The notes beneath the pieces are model-generated. The model was given only the letters and a program-made list of their open reading frames with translations. It made no database searches and was not told where the DNA came from. From an uncultured Solibacteraceae bacterium (GTDB taxonomy: Bacteria > Acidobacteriota > Terriglobia > Bryobacterales > Bryobacteraceae): DNA of 64,000 nt. Positions 40,272 through 51,218 of this stretch are shown here, one piece after another (the first letter of the stretch is position 1; every line of letters begins with the position of its first letter). A program made the translations under genes and the position numbers. The stretch is from positions 7,834 to 71,833 of the forward strand of contig CAYWHA010000015.1 of assembly GCA_964457555.1 (NCBI GenBank), in the 5' to 3' direction.

Positions 40272-40299
40272 CGGCGGCGCAGCCTTTCCGGCGCCGCCG
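40272..40299. terminator. GC-rich hairpin between convergent genes (possible bidirectional terminator)
   Basis: CGGCGGCGC (40272-40280), a 10-nt loop, then GCGCCGCCG (40291-40299). Lies between the stops at 40209 (+) and 40317 (-). No U-tract follows, so terminator function is uncertain. Confidence 0.3.
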
Positions 40300-40316
40300 C
40301 GAACCGGGAGGCCGGA

Positions 40317-42887
40317 CTAACGAGTCGCCGGCGAAAGGGTCTGCGGGATTTCCAGCGAAAGACCGTCCACGACTTCAACCGGTTTGGATTCGATCATGAC
40401 GGTCGCGGGCGTCAGCCCTTCGCGCGTGGCAGTCACCGTGAAAGTCCCCGGCATCAGAGTCGCGCGCATGGCCACGCGGTTGATGCCGTCCTCGGTGTTC
40501 AGGTATAGGTTGTTGGTGGAATTCGTGTTGCCGGAGTTATACCCGCCGCGCCAGATGGCCGGACCGGTGGCGGAAACGGCCCTCCCCGTTGAGTTCCAGG
40601 TGAAATCGACGCGGCCGTCGTCGGTCGGACAACGCTCGCCATTGGCATCGACCACTTCGAAGTCGATCAACGCGATATCTTCGCCGTCGGCGCGCAGGCC
40701 TCCAGGAGCGGTGTGGACCGTGAGCTTGATGGCCGCGGGAGCGCCGGCCGTCTTCAGTTCGTGCTGCGCCACAGCGTCGCCACCCTTGTAGCCGACGGCC
40801 CGGATCGCGCCGGGTGCGAACGTGATGTTCGGGAAGGTATACAGATAGCCGTCCTCCGGCTGGGTGACCTTGCCTCGGGAAGCTCCGTTTACGAAGAGCT
40901 CCACGCTGTCCACATTGTTGGCTACGACATACATCGTCTTGGTCGTGTTAGCCGGGTACGTCCAATGCCCGATGATGTGGATGTCCGGCTTTTCGTTCTG
41001 CATCACGCGTTCGGCGAAGTACGCTTCCTTAGGCAGGCGCACCGCGTCAATCTTGCCGCTGACGCGCGCCACCTCGCTCGAATCCTGCCGGCCGTCGGCG
41101 CCGGAATCGATGAAATAGATCGATGCGTACGCGGCCCACTTAGAGTGCGCCGGCTCGGTGTTAGAAATGCGCTCCGACCAGAACGACCAGTAACGCTTCA
41201 CCTGCGCCAGCGCGAACGTCTCGGAGTTGTAGTCCCACGTATCGTTCGGCCCCTTCTTGAATCCAAAATAGGGAGGCGAATAGTCGTCCCAGAATCGTCG
41301 GGCTCCTTCATCGCGGAAATCTTCGGTCTCTACCAGCGGCGCCTTGTCGCGGACCTGGGCGCTATAGGGCCCGCCTAGCATGGTGCCGAACCACTCGGTA
41401 GCAGCCGTCGCCCCTGGATCAGTCAGCGAGCGGCATCCCATAACCCGGCCGCCGTGCGGGTCGAATTGCTTACGCAGGTCCACCATCTGCTGCATCTGTG
41501 ACGCAGTGACTCCGGTATTCCCGGCCTCCCAGAACAGCACGCTCGGGTTGTTGCGGAAGTAAATGATGGTGTCGCGCATGACTTCCACGCGTTGCTCCCA
41601 CTGCCGCCCCTGGGCATCCTCTTCCTTGTCGCCGGCGGGCGCGACTTCCACGATGCCGAACCGGTCAAACGCTTCGACATCCACCTTCTGCGGCGCTACG
41701 TGCATCCAGCGCATGTAATTCCCGTTGCTCTCGCGAAGCATCTGCGCCGTGAAGTCGTGCATCCACTCGGGGTAGCCCGCGCCCACGCCGGCCCATTCGT
41801 TGCTGGTACGCTGAGCGAATCCCTTGAGATAGACAAACTTGTCATTGATATAAACGCCGCCCGTGCCTGCGCCCCCCTTGAATTCCGTCTTGCGGAACCC
41901 GGTGGTCAGCTTGTTGACATCCACAACTTTCCCATCCACGGTCAGGATCGTGTAGACATTGTACAAATAGGGATCGTCGGGGCTCCAGAATCGGGCATTC
42001 GTCAACGGGCCTTTGGCGCTCAGCACGGTCTTTGCGCCCGACGCTATTTCGGCGTCCGCGCCCTGGAACGTGGCTCGCACCACGCCGTCCTTGTCCACCA
42101 CCGCAACTGACAAGGTCACGTTCGCCGGCGGGACCCGCCGATCACTCGTGGCATTGTGCACCTGCGATTCCACCGTCACGTCGCAGCTGTGGGCCGCAAT
42201 ATTGTAGTTGGTGCAGTAGACATAGGCGCCCGTCGTCCCCAGGCCGTAGTACAGCGGCAACGTCTGGTAAATCTTCCCGGTAATGTGCAGCCACACCCGC
42301 CGGTTGATGCCGCCGAAGTCGGGGTTGAAGTCGTTGGCGTTCCATCGGAAGGGCGTGTCCGTGGCTCGCTCCTTGTAGCTTGTGCGGTTGTCCACCTGCA
42401 CAGCCAGCACGTTGTCCTGGTCGCCGAAGAGCGCCGCGGAGGTGATGTCCACGCCGTAGCCCGTTATCCCGTTCTCATACAGACCGAAGGGCTTTCCGTT
42501 GAAATAAATGTCCCCAGCCTGGCGCATGCCCTCGAACTCGATGAACACTTTCGAGCCCGCCGCGCCGGCGGGAAGCCTAAAGTGCTTTCGGTACCAGCTC
42601 AAACCCTGATACTTGCCGCGATCGCCGCCGCTGTGGTCGATGATCACGCGGAACGAATCGACATCGTTGAATGAATGGGGGGTGCTGACGGTCTCCCACT
42701 GGGAGTCGTCGAACGTGACCGCCTGAGCGCCGGGTACGTCCTGGCGGATGAACTTCCAGTCCGAATTGAAACTGTACGTGATCCGCGGCGACGCGGGTGG
42801 CGCGTATCCCGGCTCAGCCGCCGAAAGCAGATTAGCGGAGGCGAGAGCCGTGAAAGCAAGCAGCGGCAGGACATAGTTCGATTGCAT
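40317..42887 (-). CDS. Glycoside hydrolase family 2 (beta-galactosidase/beta-glucuronidase fold), secreted
   Basis: ORF 40317..43154 trimmed to ATG 42887 (signal peptide MQSNYVLPLLAFTALASANLLSA). GH2-like motifs WSPDDPYLY, NGKPFGLYENG and FRNNPSVLFWEAGNTG (aligned by eye with the NHPSxxxWSxGNE region), plus PLVETEDF. Confidence 0.8.
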   Translation of the reverse strand: MQSNYVLPLLAFTALASANLLSAAEPGYAPPASPRITYSFNSDWKFIRQDVPGAQAVTFDDSQWETVSTPHSFNDVDSFRVIIDHSGGDRGKYQGLSWYRKHFRLPAGAAGSKVFIEFEGMRQAGDIYFNGKPFGLYENGITGYGVDITSAALFGDQDNVLAVQVDNRTSYKERATDTPFRWNANDFNPDFGGINRRVWLHITGKIYQTLPLYYGLGTTGAYVYCTNYNIAAHSCDVTVESQVHNATSDRRVPPANVTLSVAVVDKDGVVRATFQGADAEIASGAKTVLSAKGPLTNARFWSPDDPYLYNVYTILTVDGKVVDVNKLTTGFRKTEFKGGAGTGGVYINDKFVYLKGFAQRTSNEWAGVGAGYPEWMHDFTAQMLRESNGNYMRWMHVAPQKVDVEAFDRFGIVEVAPAGDKEEDAQGRQWEQRVEVMRDTIIYFRNNPSVLFWEAGNTGVTASQMQQMVDLRKQFDPHGGRVMGCRSLTDPGATAATEWFGTMLGGPYSAQVRDKAPLVETEDFRDEGARRFWDDYSPPYFGFKKGPNDTWDYNSETFALAQVKRYWSFWSERISNTEPAHSKWAAYASIYFIDSGADGRQDSSEVARVSGKIDAVRLPKEAYFAERVMQNEKPDIHIIGHWTYPANTTKTMYVVANNVDSVELFVNGASRGKVTQPEDGYLYTFPNITFAPGAIRAVGYKGGDAVAQHELKTAGAPAAIKLTVHTAPGGLRADGEDIALIDFEVVDANGERCPTDDGRVDFTWNSTGRAVSATGPAIWRGGYNSGNTNSTNNLYLNTEDGINRVAMRATLMPGTFTVTATREGLTPATVMIESKPVEVVDGLSLEIPQTLSPATR

Positions 42888-43541
42888 GCGAGCCAGTTTA
42901 ACCGATGCACGCCGGACCAGCAATCGTCGGGAGGATGCGCTTGAATGTATAGACCTTCGAGCCGCGTGAAGACGTTGATAGGCACGATCTCGAAGCTGCC
43001 CGAGCGAGGCCCGATCTTCGGCAGCACCGTCATGTCGTATTTGACTTCGCCGACAGCGGCGCTCCCGATTCTTTTTCCCTTTTCCCCGATCCGGTTGCCC
43101 AGATTGGGAAACTCGCTTCGGAAGCCTGCGTAGAGCCTTGATGGAAGAGCTCATGTCGAGCTAAGACAGCAGTCCGCGCTATTCGTACTCGACCCTAACG
43201 ATTACCCGCAGATCGTCGAATGCCAAGTTCAGCTCCGCCGGCCACAATTCGGGGAAAAGGAAGCCGGGCCATGACCTCTGACGCCTTGAGCCACTCTGAC
43301 GAGGGGCGATGCCGGTGGTTCCAGCGTCGCCGCCAACCAGCGGATCGCTGGACCATAGCGCACTTGTCGGCACTAATCAAGCTACGTGAAGATCAGTTAG
43401 CGGCGCTCACGCACACCTATAAGGGCAATAAGTGAATGAATTTAATTGGGGTTAGCCGTATCATTGCACGCCTACTGCACAGAGCTGCTTTTGGGGCGAT
43501 AATTAGGCGAAGACAATTTGACGCAAGTCCTTGAAAATAAA

Positions 43542-43618
<77 letters not shown>

Positions 43619-43701
43619 GCAATGTCACGCAGATATCTAGATCCTAACACGGCGAAGACGGCTGCTCCAAATTCCGGCAAACGCTTTGGTATGTTGTAAG
43701 C

Positions 43702-45492
43702 ATGAAGATCCGCCTGCTTGCCTGTCTCGGGCTCTTTTCCGCCGCCCTGGCCCTGGGGGCCAGTCCGCCGACGCCGCAGCAGGCCCGCAAGTTTATCGAC
43801 GACGCGGAGCAGAAGTTGCTCGTCCTGAGCGTGGATGCGAACCATGCCGACTGGATCAAGTCCACCTATATCACGGACGATACGGAGGCCGTGGCCGCCA
43901 AACTGGATCAGCGGGCCATCGATGCCACCGTGGATTACGCCAAGAAATCGACGCAGTTCGCCGGCCTCAAGCTCGACCCGGAGACTGCCCGCAAGATCGC
44001 GCTGCTGAAGCTCTCCCTGACCCTCGCCACGCCCTCCGATCCCAAGGAGAGCGAGGAACTCACCCGTATCGCCGCGGGCATGGAGGGCGCATATGGCAAG
44101 GGCAAGTACTGCCCCAGCGGGCCGGAAAGCTGCAAGAATCTCGACGATCTGAGCAAGATTATCGCCGAGAGCCGCGATCCCAAACAGCTTCTCGATGCCT
44201 GGACCGGCTGGCACGCAATCGCGCGGCCCATGCGCCAGGATTTCGTGCGCTATGTCGAACTGGCGAATAAGGGCGCGCGCCAACTCGGCTTTGCGGACAA
44301 CGGCGCCATGTGGCGCTCGAAGTACGACATGCCGCCGGACGCCTTCGCCAAGGAACTGGACCGGCTCTGGGAGCAGGTGCGGCCGCTCTACGTTTCGTTG
44401 CACGCGTATGTCCGCGCCAGGCTGCGCGAGAAGTACGGCGACGTGGTTCCGGCCAGCGGTCCCATCCCTGCCGACCTGCTGGGCGATATGTGGGCGCAGG
44501 AGTGGGACAACATCTATCCCCTGGTTGCGCCGGCCGACGCAGATCCCGGCTACGACCTGACCGAACTTCTCAAGAAGCGCAACGCCGATTGGCGGCAGAT
44601 GGTGAAGTACGGCGAAAGCTTCTTCGTCTCGTTGGGATTCGCACCGCTGCCGCAGACTTTTTGGGAGCGCTCGCTGTTTCTGCGGCCCCGCGACCGCGAC
44701 GTGGTGTGCCACGCCAGCGCCTGGGATGTGGATGCTCTCGACGATCTTCGTCTGAAGGTGTGCATTCAGGTCACGGGCGAGGACTTCCTCACGATTCACC
44801 ATGAGTTGGGCCATAACTTCTACCAACGCGCCTACAACAAGCTGGCCCCTTCGTTCCGCGACAGCGCCAACGACGGATTCCACGAAGCCGTGGGCGACAC
44901 CATCGCCCTTTCCATCACGCCCGAATACCTGGTCAAGATCGGCTTGCTCGACCGCGCGCCGGACACTTCCAAGGACATCGGCCTGCTGCTGCACAAGGCC
45001 CTGCAGAAGATCGCCTTTCTGCCGTTCGGGCTGGTGATCGACCAGTGGCGCTGGAAGGTGTTCTCAGGCGAAATTCCTCCCGAGAAGTACAACGAAACAT
45101 GGTGGCAGCTTCGCGAGAAGTATCAGGGCGTCGCGCCGCCGGTGGGGCGCAGCGAGGCCGATTTCGATCCCGGCGCCAAGTATCACGTGGCCGCCAACGT
45201 GCCCTATGCGCGCTATTTTCTGGCCGATATCCTTCAGTTCCAGTTCCATCGCGCGCTGTCCCAGGCGGCCGGATGCAAGGACCCGCTGAACCGCTGCTCC
45301 ATTTACGACAACAAGGCGGCAGGCGCCCGTCTGAGCTCCATGCTGGAAATGGGCGAAAGCCGCCCCTGGCAGGAGGCGCTCGAAAAAATCGCGGGCACGC
45401 GGGAGATGGATGCCTCGGCGATTCGCGATTACTTCGCGCCGCTTGAGAGGTGGCTCGACGCACAGAATCGGGACAAGCCGGTCGGCTGGTAG
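43702..45492 (+). CDS. Peptidase family M2 (angiotensin-converting-enzyme-like peptidyl-dipeptidase), secreted
   Basis: Signal peptide MKIRLLACLGLFSAALALG. Zinc motif HHELGHNFY plus downstream FHEAVGD, as in M2 enzymes (HHEMGH...HEAIGD). Confidence 0.85.
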   Translation: MKIRLLACLGLFSAALALGASPPTPQQARKFIDDAEQKLLVLSVDANHADWIKSTYITDDTEAVAAKLDQRAIDATVDYAKKSTQFAGLKLDPETARKIALLKLSLTLATPSDPKESEELTRIAAGMEGAYGKGKYCPSGPESCKNLDDLSKIIAESRDPKQLLDAWTGWHAIARPMRQDFVRYVELANKGARQLGFADNGAMWRSKYDMPPDAFAKELDRLWEQVRPLYVSLHAYVRARLREKYGDVVPASGPIPADLLGDMWAQEWDNIYPLVAPADADPGYDLTELLKKRNADWRQMVKYGESFFVSLGFAPLPQTFWERSLFLRPRDRDVVCHASAWDVDALDDLRLKVCIQVTGEDFLTIHHELGHNFYQRAYNKLAPSFRDSANDGFHEAVGDTIALSITPEYLVKIGLLDRAPDTSKDIGLLLHKALQKIAFLPFGLVIDQWRWKVFSGEIPPEKYNETWWQLREKYQGVAPPVGRSEADFDPGAKYHVAANVPYARYFLADILQFQFHRALSQAAGCKDPLNRCSIYDNKAAGARLSSMLEMGESRPWQEALEKIAGTREMDASAIRDYFAPLERWLDAQNRDKPVGW

Positions 45493-45504
45493 GCGGTTAC
45501 GCGC

Positions 45505-45750
45505 TTACAAATAGAAGCCGTCCGTCCGATGACCCGGCCAGTCTAGCGCCGCCTGCGCCTGCATGTCCGCGCACAAACGTTCCAAAGCCTCGGATGCCTT
45601 CGAGAAGCTGAACGCCGCCTGGTTATTGGGCCCATAGACTTCGGAAACAAGGGCGCAAAGCTCTTGTATCCGGGCTCGGGATCTGCGCAACTCGGCGCCC
45701 AATTCCCGGTGCTCCTCCAGAGTCAACGGGATCGATTCTGCCGGACGCAT
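45505..45750 (-). CDS. Small hypothetical protein (81 aa)
   Basis: Balanced, helical-looking composition (LTLEEHRELGAELRRSRARIQELCALVSEVYG). No recognisable family. Confidence 0.4.
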   Translation of the reverse strand: MRPAESIPLTLEEHRELGAELRRSRARIQELCALVSEVYGPNNQAAFSFSKASEALERLCADMQAQAALDWPGHRTDGFYL

Positions 45751-45798
45751 TCTCAGTCTGCGATTTTAGCATGGCGTCGTTGAGTTGCTACAATCGCA

Positions 45799-46287
45799 GT
45801 GATGCCCAACGAGATCTACGCACGATTCGATACGTCGGAAGGGACCTTTAAGATCAAGCTCTTCGCCGAGCATGCGCCGCGCACGGTGGAGAATTTCATC
45901 GGTCTCGCCGAGGGAACCAAAACCGGCAAGCCGTTCTACGACGGCACTGTGTTTCACCGCGTCATCCCCAATTTCATGATTCAAGGCGGAGACCCGGAGG
46001 GAACCGGGCGCGGCGGTCCCGGCTATCAGTTTGCCGACGAGTTTCACAAGGACCTGAAGCACACCAAACCCGGCATCCTCTCTATGGCCAACGCCGGGCC
46101 GAACACCAACGGCAGCCAGTTCTTCGTCACCGTGGCCGCCACCCCGTGGCTCGATAATCATCACACCGTGTTCGGCGAAGTGACCGAAGGCTACGATGTG
46201 GTGCTCAGGATATCGGAAGTGCCGCGCGGCTCGCAGGATCGGCCGAAGAAGGAAGTGCGCGTCAATTCCGTCAAGATCGAGCGGTAG
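45799..46287 (+). CDS. Cyclophilin-type peptidyl-prolyl cis-trans isomerase
   Basis: Motifs [29 protein letters not shown] and HTVFGEV. Confidence 0.9.
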   Translation: MMPNEIYARFDTSEGTFKIKLFAEHAPRTVENFIGLAEGTKTGKPFYDGTVFHRVIPNFMIQGGDPEGTGRGGPGYQFADEFHKDLKHTKPGILSMANAGPNTNGSQFFVTVAATPWLDNHHTVFGEVTEGYDVVLRISEVPRGSQDRPKKEVRVNSVKIER

Positions 46288-46308
46288 AGTGCGGCCGCTC
46301 GCGCGCCC

Positions 46309-46884
46309 ATGAGACTGGCCCTATTCGGCGGCACTTTCGACCCGGTCCACGACGCGCATTTGGCGATTGCCCGCGCCGCCGCCGACAGGTTCAGCCTGGA
46401 CCGGGTCCTCTTCGTGCCTGCCGCGCATCCGCCCCACAAGGCCCTCGCGACGCACGCCCTTTACGACGATCGTGTGCGCATGGCGCAACTGGCGTGCGCG
46501 GACGAAAGGCGCTTCGAGGTTTCGCGCCTGGAAGAAAACACGCGGCGCAGTTACTCCATAGACACCATCGAGAAGGTGCGGGCGGAGATGGCCGCGGATG
46601 GCGAACTGTTCTTCATTATCGGCTCCGACGCATTCGCCGAAATCCGAACCTGGCGCCGCTGGCAGGATGTGGCGCGCGCCGTCGAGTTCCTGGTGATCGG
46701 CCGCCCCGGCCACCTCTACGAAGTTCCGCCCGGCGTTCGCTTGGAGCGTCTCGATACGCTCGAGCTGCGCATCTCGTCCTCCGAGATTCGCGCGGCCTTG
46801 GCGGAGGGCCGCCTGCCCCCGGGAGTCCCGCATCCGGTTCTCGATTACATACTCGACCGCGGCCTCTACGGCGCGCGACGGTAA
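46309..46884 (+). CDS. nadD: Nicotinate-nucleotide adenylyltransferase
   Basis: GGTFDPVHDAHL (GxFxPxHxxH nucleotidyltransferase motif), YSIDT, and ISSSEIR near the C-terminus. Confidence 0.85.
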   Translation: MRLALFGGTFDPVHDAHLAIARAAADRFSLDRVLFVPAAHPPHKALATHALYDDRVRMAQLACADERRFEVSRLEENTRRSYSIDTIEKVRAEMAADGELFFIIGSDAFAEIRTWRRWQDVARAVEFLVIGRPGHLYEVPPGVRLERLDTLELRISSSEIRAALAEGRLPPGVPHPVLDYILDRGLYGARR

Positions 46885-46903
46885 GCCCCGGCGTCCTGAT
46901 AGA

Positions 46904-48427
<1,524 letters not shown>

Positions 48428-48445
<18 letters not shown>

Positions 48446-51211
48446 CCTCCGCGAGCTCCTGTTCAACGGCGCCGGGTATCCAATTAAACAGAACTGGTCG
48501 AGCGCAAACAACACCACCGACTCCACCCCGCTCGCCAGCGCCAAGCCTCTCTCTTTCAACCAAGGCGTCGTGTAATCGCTGATTCCCACCAGGTGGCTGC
48601 TCTGCGCCGGCGGGAACCCAAACTGCCCCGGCAATGCAATCGAGCCACGCACCTCGTCCAAATCGCGGTCGCCCGTGAAAGTGAAGTTTTCGGTTTTCAG
48701 GCAGGTCAGCGCCGCGGCGGTCCAAGCCGCGGTCGGATAGTTGACCAGCTTATTCAATGGCGTGTCGTTCGTATCCACCGGGTACAGCGATTCGAAGCGC
48801 GCGTTGGGGTATACGGCCTGCACGAAAGCCATGATCGCATTGGTGAATGCGCCGATCAGCGTGGGCAGGAACGCGCATTCATCCGGGAAGTCCGTGGGCG
48901 GCGCGTTTTGGCTCGGAACGATCCCCATCGGCCGTCCGTATGCCGTCTGAAACGCGCTCTTGGTATACGCGTCGTAGAATGGCATGCCCGCCGCCGATGC
49001 GTTGTACCACCACTGGACTTCCCCGAATTGCAGGTACGGAACCAGACCCGCGGCGCTCATGAGGTTTGCCATATCCAGGTAGACCTGTTGCCAGAACGCC
49101 GTGCTGGCCGGCGAGAAATTGGTCTGAAGCGATGGCGTATTGAGCAGCGCCGCCGTGCCGTCCGGGTAGCATTGTGCGATCCCCGTCGCTGGTTGCGGGT
49201 CGCCATCCTGAAGCTCCATGGAAAACGCCGCCGCCACGTCGATTCCGTACCCCTTCAGCGCCGCGAAGTAGCTCGAGTGCCAGTCACGCGCCGCCCGGTT
49301 GATGCGCGGCGTCGCCGTCAGGTCGGTGCGCCACCCCGCCGCCCACGCCATCGTCGAGAGGTCCCCGTCTACGCCCCCGGCCAGCGGCCCGCTCGCCACT
49401 GCCGTCAGGTGCTGGCTGCCGCCCGTATCCGGGACGACGGTCATCCCGTTTCCAGCCGTCCCCATGGTGCGCGATCGGATGGTCAACACCGCCCCCGCCG
49501 CGCTCGCCTGCACCGCGGTGGCGCCGGCGTTAACCGCGAGCGCCAGCGCGTTGGCCACGCTCGCCGCCGTGTCCGCCATCAAGCTCATGTGTTGAAACAG
49601 CGCTCCACCGACGTTGACCCCGGTGTACAGGCCGAAATCCGGCGTACCCGCGAGCGTCACGGTAGCCGTAGCGTACTGCTGGCCGGGACACGCCAGTTCG
49701 TAAAACCACATCGCGCCGGCATAATGGTTCGCCCGCCCTTGGAAGCCGAGCTTGTCGATCAGCCAGGCGGTGCGCTCCGGTGCAAGGCAAATCGAGTGAT
49801 ACGTGTCCCAGTCCGTCGCCAGCGTCGTGCGCGGGGTGCTGGCGATGGTCGGCAGGTTCGCCGTCGGGTAGGCGATCTCGAAAAAGTCGAAATAAAAGAC
49901 GCCGATTCCGGTCTGCGCGGCCGTCACGGTATGCTGACCCGCGTTGAGATCGGCCACCTTGATCCGGACCAGCAAGTCCTCCACGTCGTCGAACGCCAGA
50001 TTCGCCGCGCTGGTCGCGCCGTCAATGGTAATGGAAATCGGCGCGCCGGCCCCGCCGCCGTTGTTGAACATGCGCGTTCCCAGGAACAGCGTGTGGCCTC
50101 CCGCCGCCGTGTAGGTGCACGACACGGACGATCCTGGCGTCTGCGTGGATCGAATCGACCCGCCCGAGTAGTTGCCCGTCACCGCCTCGTCCCACGCGCC
50201 CGAATAGACCACCAGGTTCGAAGAGTCTTCAGCGCGCCAGCTTCCAGGGCCCGCCACCTGATACGTAAGATTCGCTCCGGCCACCGTCCAGTTTGAGACC
50301 GTCACCTGGAATTCCGTTCGCGCGAAGTTGCCCGGCAGTTGATTGGGGGCCCAAGTCCACCTCATCATCCGTACCGAATTCGTCGGCACCTGGACCAGCG
50401 TCGTGAAAGCCGGCTCCACGTATCCCTGCAGATTGCCGAAATTAAGAGCAACATGCCACAGCGCCGTCGACGTTCCCCCGCTCATCGTCTGCGAGACCGG
50501 CTGCCAGATTTCGGTCTGCGCGCCGCTCGCGTTGCCGTAAACCCCCACACGGTTTCCGTTGGCGCCGGCTGCGGCCTTGTACTGCAGCGTAATCTGCGCG
50601 CCCGATGCCGTGGCCGTCATGCCGGTTGCGGCGGTGTTCGCGGCGATCGCGTTCGCCAGCAGTGTGGCCACGCCCTCCAGCGTGTCGTTGTAGTACATCA
50701 TGTGGGTCGCGTGCTGGCTCGATGGATCCACGCCGTCCGCCGCCGCCCAGGCCAGCTCCACGTAATCGTTGGCCGTTACCGCCCCCGTGAGTTCGAAAAT
50801 CGCCTGCGCCGGCGTCGGCGCCGCGCTCCCCGTCGCGGGCGTCGCGTTCGCAGCCAGCGGCACCTTGTACTCCAGCTCGACGCCGTCCGATCCCGTCGCC
50901 CAGATCCGCAGGTACGGCCAGTCTACCGTCGGCCACAGCGTGCAGTCCATCGCCATGCAATTCTGACGCGCCTCATCGTAGGAGAGCTGCAGGCCGCTCA
51001 GGTCGCCGTCCGGCAGGCAGCGCAGCGCCGGGTGTTCGAAAACGTTGTCGCGGCGCCACTCCACCACCGCCCAATCGAATTGCTGGCGAAACGACCCCGA
51101 TACCGTGAACCCGGTCGCGCTGGTCGCGCTCAAGGCCGCGGCCGCGCTCGGTTGATAGAAGTAGCACTGCAGGTCCCGGTTGGGTTGCAGCTTGGTGAGT
51201 TGTTCCGCCAT
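48428..51211 (-). CDS. Large distal tail protein (candidate fibre/receptor-binding or glycan-binding protein), no family recognised
   Basis: 927-aa ORF starting 7 nt after the stop of the host-specificity-like gene. It is the last gene of the module. Ala/Thr/Gly-rich beta-type composition, with a C-terminal part that looks enzyme-like (YLQFGEVQWWYNA...). Confidence 0.6.
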
Positions 51212-51218
51212 GTTGGTC

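Noticed and set aside
42888-43154. N-terminal extensions in ORF-track entries: 40317..43154, 62410..63963, 21420..22961, 3487..5724, 1745..3577, 34633..37029, 17861..21568, 24607..26388, 28197..29834, 58914..59588, 60186..60566
   Set aside because: The upstream portions are Arg-rich or overlap neighbouring genes or repeats. Internal ATGs are followed by signal peptides or preceded by GGAGG-like sites or stop/start coupling, so the shorter models were used.
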